Shown here in pieces: positions 25,899 through 33,538 of a stretch of DNA of 61,977 nucleotides. Under the pieces are notes generated by a model. It searched no databases and was not told the origin of the DNA. It was given only the letters and a program-made list of their open reading frames with translations. How positions within the stretch are numbered: position 1 is the stretch's first letter; every line of letters begins with the position of its first letter. This stretch comes from Candidatus Harrisonbacteria bacterium CG10_big_fil_rev_8_21_14_0_10_49_15. Its GTDB lineage: Bacteria; Patescibacteriota; Minisyncoccia; UBA6257; 1-14-0-10-44-23. Where the stretch lies: the NCBI GenBank assembly GCA_002773415.1, contig PFBD01000022.1:735-62711 (forward strand). The letters are read 5' to 3'. A program made the translations under genes and the position numbers.

Positions 25899-26016
25899 CA
25901 GATGAAAAGAAAGAAACTAAAATCTCCAGAAACGAATACGGACTCCGACTTTTTAGGGTCGGAGTCCGTAGCTGCGCGGTTCTTCCGCGCGGAGCGTCTC
26001 GCCGTTCGACCAGAGG

Positions 26017-26463
26017 TCACGCCGGCGAGGGCGATGTGGCGAGAGCGGGGCTGGGGTTCCACTCGGGGTCGGCCGCCCGGCAGAGCAGGTGGTAACCCAC
26101 GACGCTCTCGCCGTTGGACAACGGCACGAAGGCGCCGTGCCCGTTGAGGCAGAACCCGCGCGCCATGTCGACCGTCAGGTCGCTGGCGATGGCGAGCCAG
26201 GCCTTGCCGTCCCCACCCCAGAGGACCACCTTGCCGTTGTTCATGTCCCAACGGCCCCGCCACCCTTCGTTCTCGCAGGCGATGGAGCGTCCCCGCTCGC
26301 CGCCGATCATGCGGACGGGCAGGTCGGTTACGTGGATGAAGCCCGCGGCGCGCAGAAGCGCGATCACGGTCTCATCGCAGCCGCTGTTAGGCTGCAACGC
26401 GAGCCTGAGGCGCGCGGCGAAACCCGTGATGCCATCTCTCCGGAATCGGTGGTTGGTACCCAT
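26017..26463 (-). CDS. Hypothetical soluble protein in GC-rich islet A
   Basis: 148 aa. Third codon positions are almost all G/C when the minus strand is read by hand. GAGGAG lies 9 nt before the ATG. A hairpin at 25940-25967 lies downstream. Confidence 0.6.
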   Translation of the reverse strand: MGTNHRFRRDGITGFAARLRLALQPNSGCDETVIALLRAAGFIHVTDLPVRMIGGERGRSIACENEGWRGRWDMNNGKVVLWGGDGKAWLAIASDLTVDMARGFCLNGHGAFVPLSNGESVVGYHLLCRAADPEWNPSPALATSPSPA

Positions 26464-26699
26464 TGATCCAGTCTCCTCAAAAGGTCACATCCCATACCCG
26501 GGGACTCGGGAAGAAGGTTTTGTACCGTCCTATAATTTACCATAGCACACATTAACGTCTTTGTCAATATACCCCAAAAATGGCTGAAATGGTACAATTT
26601 TGACGTCACTAATCACTAATAATCACTAATCAAACGAATAGGCCACAAACGTTGCCGTTGCGCATTAGGCGATTCGTGATTAGTGATGTCCATACTCTT

Positions 26700-28091
26700 A
26701 TGCAACGAACCTACATCAGTGAAACGCCGCAAAAGATTGGTGAGCAAGTCACTCTTTCCGGTTGGGTGCACATTCGGCGCGACCACGGCAAGCTCATCTT
26801 CTTAGACCTGCGCGACCAAAGTGGCGTTATTCAGCTCGTGGTCACACCCAAAAGCCCTGCCTATGAAGCCGCTCAAGCGCTTCGTCCGGAGTGGGTCATT
26901 CAGGTCTCCGGCACTGTCAAAGAGCGGCCGGAATCAATGAGAAACGAGAAGCTAGAAACTGGAAACGTAGAAATGAACGTGGAAGAGCTCGTCGTCCTAA
27001 ACCAAGCCGAGACGCCGCCCCTCCCGCTAGACACCGAAGGGTTGGACATTGATGAAGAAGTTCGGCTAAAGTACCGCTACCTAGACCTGCGCCGCCCGCG
27101 GCTGCAGAGAAACATTCGCTTGCGCTCCGAGTTGGTTCAGCGCATGCGGAGTTTTCTGTTTGGCCAAAACTTCACCGAGATAGAAACCCCGTACTTTTCT
27201 AAAACCACGCCCGAAGGTTCGCGCGACTTTGTCGTTCCAAGTCGCATGTACCCCGGCCAGTTTTTTGCTCTGCCGCAAAGCCCCCAGCAGTATAAGCAGT
27301 TGCTGATGACCGCCGGCTTTGAAAAGTACTTCCAAATAGCTCGTTGCTTCCGCGACGAAGACTTGCGCGCCGACCGCGCCTTTGAACACACCCAGTTAGA
27401 CCTGGAGATGAGCTTTGTGGAGCAGGCCGATGTACTCGCGGTTATAGAAGCCATGATCATTACCGTGGCCGAGGGCATGGGTAAGAAGATCAAAGAAAAG
27501 CCGTTCCCGCGCTTTACCTACCAAGAGGCGATGGAGAAGTTCGGCGCAGACAAGTTTGACCTGCGCACCGAAGAAGACAAACAGAACGGCGTTCTGGCTT
27601 TTGCCTGGGTACTAGATTTTCCTTTCTTCGAAAAGACAGATGATGGCGGCTATACGTTTACCCACAACCCCTTCTCCATGCCCAAACCCGAGCACGTTGA
27701 GTCGCTCCTCAAGGGCGAGAGCATTGACGGCATTATGACCCAGCAGTACGATCTTGTTTGCAACGGCTTTGAAGCCGGCGGCGGCTCTATCCGCGCGCAT
27801 AAGCCCGAGATCCTCAAGGCAGTATTCAAAGTCATGGGCTACACCGACGAAAAGATAGAAGAAGATTTTGGCCACATGCTCTCTGCTTTCAGCTACGGCG
27901 CGCCGCCCCACGGCGGCATTGGTATGGGTATAGACAGACTAGCCATGATACTAGCCGGCGAGCAGTCAACACGCGAAGTAATCGCCTTCCCGCAAAGCTC
28001 CAGCGGCCACACTTCAGTGATGGACGCGCCCAGCGAGATAACTTCTGACCAGCTCAAAGAACTCGGCCTACAGGTGAAAAAATCAGAATAA
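26700..28091 (+). CDS. aspS: Aspartyl-tRNA synthetase, bacterial type without the GAD insertion domain
   Basis: ATG at 26700 (MQRTYISE...); the track TTG at 26652 reads through a repeat. Motifs FRDEDLRADR, QLDLEMSF and GGGSIRAH. Only 463 aa. Confidence 0.9.
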   Translation: MQRTYISETPQKIGEQVTLSGWVHIRRDHGKLIFLDLRDQSGVIQLVVTPKSPAYEAAQALRPEWVIQVSGTVKERPESMRNEKLETGNVEMNVEELVVLNQAETPPLPLDTEGLDIDEEVRLKYRYLDLRRPRLQRNIRLRSELVQRMRSFLFGQNFTEIETPYFSKTTPEGSRDFVVPSRMYPGQFFALPQSPQQYKQLLMTAGFEKYFQIARCFRDEDLRADRAFEHTQLDLEMSFVEQADVLAVIEAMIITVAEGMGKKIKEKPFPRFTYQEAMEKFGADKFDLRTEEDKQNGVLAFAWVLDFPFFEKTDDGGYTFTHNPFSMPKPEHVESLLKGESIDGIMTQQYDLVCNGFEAGGGSIRAHKPEILKAVFKVMGYTDEKIEEDFGHMLSAFSYGAPPHGGIGMGIDRLAMILAGEQSTREVIAFPQSSSGHTSVMDAPSEITSDQLKELGLQVKKSE

Positions 28092-28187
28092 GATTGCTTT
28101 TATTGTAGCGAATTAGTAATATTTGTATCATTAGTAATCATTAGTATACCTGCCTACCGGCAGGCAGGTTGGTATCTTAATTGAGCT

Positions 28188-28673
28188 ATGAACCACAACC
28201 ATCCAAAAGAAGAAAGAACATTAGTTTTGCTGAAGCCGGACGCCGTCCAGCGTGCCTTGCTTGGTGAAATTATCCACCGCTTTGAGCGCAAGGGTTTAAA
28301 GATAATCGGCCTCAAGATGATCCAGATGGACGAGGTTCTGGCCAAAAGCCACTATGGCAAATATGTAGACAAGCCGTTTTTTGAAGGACTTAAGAACTTT
28401 ATGGGCGCGGCCCCAATCGTGGCTGTCGTCATCTCCGGCGTGGGCGCGCTGAAGGTAGTACGCACGCTTATCGGTTCTACAAAAGCATACGAAGCGGCGG
28501 CCGGTACAATTCGCGGTGACTTTGCCATGAGCACGCAGTCAAATCTGATCCACGCCTCAGATCCGGAGGAAAACCCAGAGGAAGAAGTGACTCGTTTTTT
28601 CAGTGAAAACGAACTCTTTTCCTACAAGAAAATAAATTTCGACCTGCTCTACGCCGCGGACGAACTTAAGTAG
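28188..28673 (+). CDS. ndk: Nucleoside diphosphate kinase
   Basis: ERTLVLLKPDAVQR...GTIRGDFA...NLIHASD. Confidence 0.92.
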   Translation: MNHNHPKEERTLVLLKPDAVQRALLGEIIHRFERKGLKIIGLKMIQMDEVLAKSHYGKYVDKPFFEGLKNFMGAAPIVAVVISGVGALKVVRTLIGSTKAYEAAAGTIRGDFAMSTQSNLIHASDPEENPEEEVTRFFSENELFSYKKINFDLLYAADELK

Positions 28674-28814
28674 GATAGACTTCACTAATCACTAATAAGC
28701 ACGAATCAGACTAATTCACACCATGCAGTGATAGCTATTCGTGCGATTAGTGATTATCCGTGATTCGTGAGGTCAAGTTCATTTTTTCTTCATCGACTTA
28801 TGCTATACTGTAGG

Positions 28815-28968
28815 TACCCGCGATAAAGATTTTCCTATAGTCTTTATCACCGGGAGGACGAATCGCTTCAGGCCGTGGCCCGAAGCTGAGTCCACCCACC
28901 TACATTCAGTAGGAAACTCACTACGCGGGACCCCTTCGGGGGATAAAAAAGACCAATAGGTCTTTTTT
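28815..28968 (+). ncRNA. Candidate structured small RNA (unidentified class)
   Basis: TGcTATACT at 28801-28809. The 5' GGUACCCGCG pairs with the 3' CGCGGGACC. Internal hairpins: AUAAAGA/UCUUUAU, GCUUCAGGC-CGUG-GCCCGAAGC, CCUAC/GUAGG, CCCC-UUCG-GGGG. Ends with terminator AAAAAAGACC-AAUA-GGUCUUUUUU. No ORF. Confidence 0.45.
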
Positions 28969-29100
28969 ATTTATCCCCAGTTTTAGCTTACTTATCCAAA
29001 TTCTATCCAATGGTTATCCAGTGGTTATACACATGATAGCCAAGCACTCTCAATTACATTTGCCAGTAAGCATGCAAACCTGTAGAATCTAACCACTTGT

Positions 29101-31080
29101 ATGCAAAATATTCGAAACTACGTAATCATCGCGCACATTGATCATGGGAAGTCCACCCTGGCCGACCGCATGTTGGAGCTGACCAAAACCGTTGAAGCCC
29201 GCAAGATGCAGGCCCAGTATTTGGACGGCATGGATTTGGAGCGCGAGCGAGGCATCACCATCAAGATGACACCAGTCCGCATGATATACAAATATCATGC
29301 GCAATCACCAAATCCTAAGCACCAAATCCTAAATAAATCTCAAATCTCAAATTCTAAATCAGAAACTACAGATTCAGAACAAGAATTTGTTCTGAATCTG
29401 ATTGATACTCCCGGACACAGCGACTTTGGTTACGAAGTCAGCCGCGCTCTAAACGCGGTTGAAGGAGCTATTCTGCTGGTAGACGCCACTCAGGGAGTCC
29501 AAGCTCAGACTTTGTACAACTTTGAGATGGCTAAGCGCGCCAAACTCAAAATAATCGGCGCCGTCAACAAAGTCGACATGGCCACGCCGGAACAGATCCA
29601 AGACTCTAAGCGCGACGTGGCCGAACTTATCGCCAGCGACCCTTCGGAAATATTTGAATGCTCCGGCAAGACCGGCCAAGGCGTACCCGAACTCCTCGAA
29701 GCCGTAGTTGAACAAGTCCCACCCCCACATCGTCATCCTGAGCGAAGTGAAGGATCTCGAGATTCTTCGCCTGCAGCTCAGAATGACATAAGTCGCGGCC
29801 TCGTCTTCGACTCTCAATACGACGAGCACAAAGGCATCATCGCCTTTATCCGTGTCTTTAGCGGCTCATTTTCTTTGAACAAAAACTACTACCTTGTGGC
29901 CACCGGCGCAGAGGCAAAGACTAAAGACATCGGCTATCTGCGCCCCGGATTTACGACCTCTTCGGAAATAAAAATGGGCGAGATAGGTTATGTCGCCACC
30001 GGCATCAAAGATCCGGACGCGCTTAATATTGGTGACACACTCACCGACATCAAGCCAAGCTCTGTGGAAGATCCCAAGCAACTCGCTCTGCCCGGATACC
30101 GTGAGCCAAAGCCGGTACTATACGTTTCTTTTTATCCAGAGAACTCGGAAGATTATGACGATTTTAAAAAAGCACTTTCCAAACTGCGCCTGTCTGACTC
30201 TGCGTTAATTTTTGAACCGGACTCCAGCGAAGTTCTCGGCCGCGGTTTTAAGGCCGGCTTCCTAGGCCGGCTGCATCTGGATATTGTTGTCGAGCGTATT
30301 AAACGCGAGTTTCACATTCCGGTCGTCAGCAGCTTCCCTTCTGTTGCTTACAAAGTGAAGCTTGGCAAATACATAAAAGGGGACACCGAAGAAAAAGATC
30401 TTGAGCCGGCAGGGGACGGAATGTTCTGGGTGAAAAATCCTAAAGAGCTGCCAAGTGACCCGGCGGAGATCTTTGAGCCAATGACCCGCGTAGAGATCCT
30501 AACGCCAACTCAGTATCTGGGCGCTGTTCTTTCTCTGTCAGAGCTGTATCGCATGATGGACATGGAGACCAACCCGCTCGTCGGCTCCAGTGACAAGATG
30601 CTTGTCACTGCCAAAGTTCCACTCGCGGACCTGATCTCAGATTTTGACGACAAGCTAAAGTCAGTCTCTCAAGGTTACGCCTCGCTTAACTACGAACTTA
30701 TCGCCTACGAGCGCGCCAATGTGGATAAGCTAGAGATCCTAGTCGCCGAGTCTGTCGTTCCCGGCCTAACCCGCATCTTACCCAAAGCTGACTTAGAGCG
30801 TGAAGGACGCCGCACTGTGGAAAAGCTAAAAGAGCTCCTTCCCAAACAGCAGTTTCCCCAAGCCTTGCAAGCAAGTTGGCGCGGTAAGATAATTGCCCGG
30901 GAAACTTTGGCAGCCTTCAAAAAAGAACTTGGAAATTTTGGTAAAAACGGCGGCGACCGCACCCGCAAGATGAAGCTCTGGAAAAAACAGGCTCGCGGCA
31001 AAGAGCGCCTCAAAGAACGCGGCGTCCAATCCAACATCCAAATTCCTCAAAACGTCTTCAAAGAACTGCTCAAAAAGTGA
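29101..31080 (+). CDS. lepA: Elongation factor 4 (LepA)
   Basis: IIAHIDHGKSTLADR, LIDTPGH and NKVD motifs. 659 aa, with two in-frame repeat-derived insertions. Confidence 0.92.
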   Translation: MQNIRNYVIIAHIDHGKSTLADRMLELTKTVEARKMQAQYLDGMDLERERGITIKMTPVRMIYKYHAQSPNPKHQILNKSQISNSKSETTDSEQEFVLNLIDTPGHSDFGYEVSRALNAVEGAILLVDATQGVQAQTLYNFEMAKRAKLKIIGAVNKVDMATPEQIQDSKRDVAELIASDPSEIFECSGKTGQGVPELLEAVVEQVPPPHRHPERSEGSRDSSPAAQNDISRGLVFDSQYDEHKGIIAFIRVFSGSFSLNKNYYLVATGAEAKTKDIGYLRPGFTTSSEIKMGEIGYVATGIKDPDALNIGDTLTDIKPSSVEDPKQLALPGYREPKPVLYVSFYPENSEDYDDFKKALSKLRLSDSALIFEPDSSEVLGRGFKAGFLGRLHLDIVVERIKREFHIPVVSSFPSVAYKVKLGKYIKGDTEEKDLEPAGDGMFWVKNPKELPSDPAEIFEPMTRVEILTPTQYLGAVLSLSELYRMMDMETNPLVGSSDKMLVTAKVPLADLISDFDDKLKSVSQGYASLNYELIAYERANVDKLEILVAESVVPGLTRILPKADLEREGRRTVEKLKELLPKQQFPQALQASWRGKIIARETLAAFKKELGNFGKNGGDRTRKMKLWKKQARGKERLKERGVQSNIQIPQNVFKELLKK

Positions 31081-31258
31081 CCGAGCGCGAGCGAAGGTCA
31101 TCCTGAGCCAGCAGGCGAAGGATCTAATTCATCTGCTTTTCATCCAGCTATTGACCCCCACACCAATAAACCGGGACTGTCTTCGCCAGACGGTGCGCCC
31201 CTGCCGGTTAATTGGTGTGGGGGTTGACAAATACATTCAACTCTGCTAGGATGATTGG

Positions 31259-31345
31259 GTATGGGTAATGGTATTCCTTTGGGTTTTCAGGGGAATGCCA
31301 CCTACCGCAACTTGTGGCAAAAACCCCGCTTCTAGCGGGGTTTTT
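31259..31345 (+). ncRNA. Candidate small RNA with its own promoter and terminator
   Basis: TTGACA (31224-31229), a 17-nt spacer, then TAGGAT (31247-31252). Hairpin GGUAUUCC...GGAAUGCC. Terminator ccccgct-tct-agcgggg plus T5 (31324-31345). The overlapping minus-strand track ORF 31208-31447 is judged spurious. Confidence 0.4.
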
Positions 31346-31366
31346 GCCAACCTCTGGAAATAATAA

Positions 31367-31607
31367 GACCGTTTGAGGGGCTATCGGATAGTGACTCCAG
31401 TAAATCAGGTTCTTGAGGGGGTTATCGGATAGTGACTCCAATTGCAACTTGTGTTGTATGAGTATAGTCTCGATAACCCCCTCAAGAAACCGACCTTGTG
31501 TTGTACCGCGCCCCGTACACAGCTATGCTGTTGTACTGGGGTGAGTATAGCCTGCCCCGTAGACAACTCTGTTGTTGTACGGGGTCGCGATAGCCCCTCA
31601 AACGGTC
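31367..31607. mobile_element. Nested MITE-like elements (Russian-doll repeat nest)
   Basis: Outer 20-nt perfect inverted repeat gaccgtttgaggggctatcg (31367-31386 / 31588-31607). Inner 18-nt perfect inverted repeat ttcttgagggggttatcg (31410-31427 / 31471-31488). 18-nt direct repeat tatcggatagtgactcca (31382-31399, 31423-31440). Two ccccgta...tacgggg hairpins inside. Confidence 0.55.
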
Positions 31608-31631
31608 CAATAGTGTAGAATAAACTATATC

Positions 31632-32603
31632 ATGTTTAATAAGCAGATTCCATTATCTCTCCATAGCAACTACCGCATCGGCGGCCCGGCCAGCTTGTTT
31701 TTTATCGCAACTAGAATAGAAGACATCGTCGCCGCGGTCAGCGAGGCCAAAAAGCTGAAAGAGCCTCTCTTTATCCTGGGCGGCGGGACCAACCTGCTTA
31801 TCCCGGACGCCGGCTTTAAAGGTGTCATGCTCAAGCCGGCAATCACCAGCTTGGAACGCATTGAGGGCAGTCGCATCCGTGTTGGCGCCGGTGTGCTTGT
31901 TTCAACACTGAATTACTTCACAGTTCGCCAAGGCCTTACGGGCCTGGAGTGGTCCGGAGGACTGCCGGGTACGGTTGGCGGTGCTGTTTACGGCAACGCC
32001 GGTGCTTTTGGTGGCGAGATCAAAGACTCGGTCGTAGAAGTTTTGAGTTTAGACATCGCCGGCGCCGAACCCAAACTCATCCGCCGCACCAATCCGGAGT
32101 GTCAATTTTCATATCGTAATAGTATTTTTAAGAGTCGCACCCTGGAGGGGACCGACCAAGCCGCACCCGGCTATGCCCCGCCCAAAGAGATAATTTTAGA
32201 AGTTATCTTCCAGCTTGCTCCCGGACTATCCACGGATATAAATGCCGGAGTCCACGAAAAAATAGATTACCGCATCGCCCGTCAGCCACTGGACTACCCA
32301 AACATCGGCAGTACCTTCAAGAACATTCCTGTAACCAATGTGCCCGAAGCTGTATTAAAGCAGTATGAACACAAGATAAAACAAGACCCGTTCCCGGTCT
32401 TGCCCACCGCCGTGCTGATCAGCGAGGCCGGCTTAAAGGGAACAAAATCCGGCGGGGCTATGATCTCCGACAAACACCCGAACTTTATCGTCAACCTCGG
32501 GGGTGCCAAATCCGAAGACGTGCGCGCCCTCGCCCAGACCATCAAAGACACCCTCCACCAGCGCTACGGCGTCGACCTGGAACGCGAAGTCATCTTTCTT
32601 TAA
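31632..32603 (+). CDS. murB: UDP-N-acetylenolpyruvoylglucosamine reductase
   Basis: YRIGGPA...FILGGGTNLL... FAD-binding pattern; 323 aa. Confidence 0.9.
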   Translation: MFNKQIPLSLHSNYRIGGPASLFFIATRIEDIVAAVSEAKKLKEPLFILGGGTNLLIPDAGFKGVMLKPAITSLERIEGSRIRVGAGVLVSTLNYFTVRQGLTGLEWSGGLPGTVGGAVYGNAGAFGGEIKDSVVEVLSLDIAGAEPKLIRRTNPECQFSYRNSIFKSRTLEGTDQAAPGYAPPKEIILEVIFQLAPGLSTDINAGVHEKIDYRIARQPLDYPNIGSTFKNIPVTNVPEAVLKQYEHKIKQDPFPVLPTAVLISEAGLKGTKSGGAMISDKHPNFIVNLGGAKSEDVRALAQTIKDTLHQRYGVDLEREVIFL

Positions 32604-32793
32604 TTTGTTACATTGAAACTTCATCTCTGTAGCTGTATTATAAAAGTGGTAGTGATGCGCGCGATTCGCATTACTCCGACAAGCGAGGAAGCAAAGTGAA
32701 AATCTTAGATTTTAATTTTGTCCGAGCGCCGTCGGAACAAAGGTGACATAGGAACCTTTATTACCTAAGATTCGTATATTCGCGAATACTCTG

Positions 32794-33114
32794 ATGAAAA
32801 TAAACATCAAAACTAAAAATTTAGAATTGACTCCCGCGATGCGGGATTTTATTAACACGAAAATCGGCGCCCTGGAGCGCCAATTGATCCGTTTTGAAAA
32901 AGAGGGAGCCCTGATGGTCGAGGTGGAAATAGCCCGGCCAAGTCACCACCACCACAAAGGCAAAGTTTATTACGCCGAAGCCAACCTGCGCATCGGCAAG
33001 AATATGCTGCGTGCCGAGTCTGACGACTACAACATCCGCGTGGCTGTGAACAAGGTCCGCCAAATATTAGACCGCGAAATTCGCAAGTATAAAACTGAAA
33101 TAGGCGCCAGATAG
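32794..33114 (+). CDS. hpf: Ribosome hibernation promoting factor (short HPF/RaiA type)
   Basis: MKINIKTKNLELTPAMRDFINTKI...; 106 aa. Confidence 0.85.
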   Translation: MKINIKTKNLELTPAMRDFINTKIGALERQLIRFEKEGALMVEVEIARPSHHHHKGKVYYAEANLRIGKNMLRAESDDYNIRVAVNKVRQILDREIRKYKTEIGAR

Positions 33115-33167
33115 TCGAAGAGGCCGCCCCGGATGTCAAATCCAGTGCGGTCTCTCGCGTAGGCGCA

Positions 33168-33413
33168 TCACTCGAACCTGTCAAGGGTCCGGATGATACG
33201 CGCCTTCTCGATCTCCAGCGACCTCCGGTGGGCGCTCCACGTGTCGCGGATCTCGGCCTCTACAAAAGTGCCGCCGGCATGCTCTATGCGGCGTGTTCTG
33301 AGAAGCAAGTCGATGTTCGTTAGGCTAATCTCAATCCGCCTAAGACTCCTCCGCAACTTTTCCGCACGGCGCTCCCTTCGAGCAGCCATGAGCTCTTTCA
33401 TCCAGTTCAGCAT
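33168..33413 (-). CDS. Small Arg-rich coiled-coil protein in GC-rich islet B
   Basis: 81 aa. GGAGG lies 7 nt before the ATG. The local sequence looks GC-richer than its flanks. Confidence 0.45.
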   Translation of the reverse strand: MLNWMKELMAARRERRAEKLRRSLRRIEISLTNIDLLLRTRRIEHAGGTFVEAEIRDTWSAHRRSLEIEKARIIRTLDRFE

Positions 33414-33538
33414 GGGTGCACCTCCAAGCTAAATCATACAACAAATACATAGAAAGTCAATATCGCAGAATCAGTCATTTTCCGCTAAACTAACGCAGTA
33501 TTGTAGCGAGCTAACTGCTACTAGCTATCTGCTAATTT

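Noticed and set aside
26089-26545. Plus-strand ORFs 26089-26466 and 26114-26545 (also 25817-26095, 25869-26147 and 25841-26263 on the minus strand) in the GC-rich islet.
   Set aside because: GC-rich DNA keeps several frames open. Only the minus-strand frame 26017-26463 shows G/C-dominated third codon positions, an SD site and a downstream terminator hairpin.
26470-26700. T-box leader upstream of aspS.
   Set aside because: No specifier-loop or T-box (AGAGA...UGGNACC-like) sequence is visible. The region is occupied by a promoter-like segment and a CACTAAT inverted-repeat element.
28815-28968. Identity of the structured RNA as SRP (4.5S) RNA.
   Set aside because: The middle hairpin superficially resembles UCAGG...GAAGC. 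However, it folds as a plain 9-bp stem with a CGUG loop and lacks the GGAA tetraloop and AGCA symmetric-loop signature. It is left as unclassified.
31208-31447. 79-aa minus-strand ORF across the lepA-murB spacer.
   Set aside because: It uses a TTG start and runs through a promoter, a terminator hairpin and inverted repeats. The peptide is repeat-encoded, so it is most likely non-coding.
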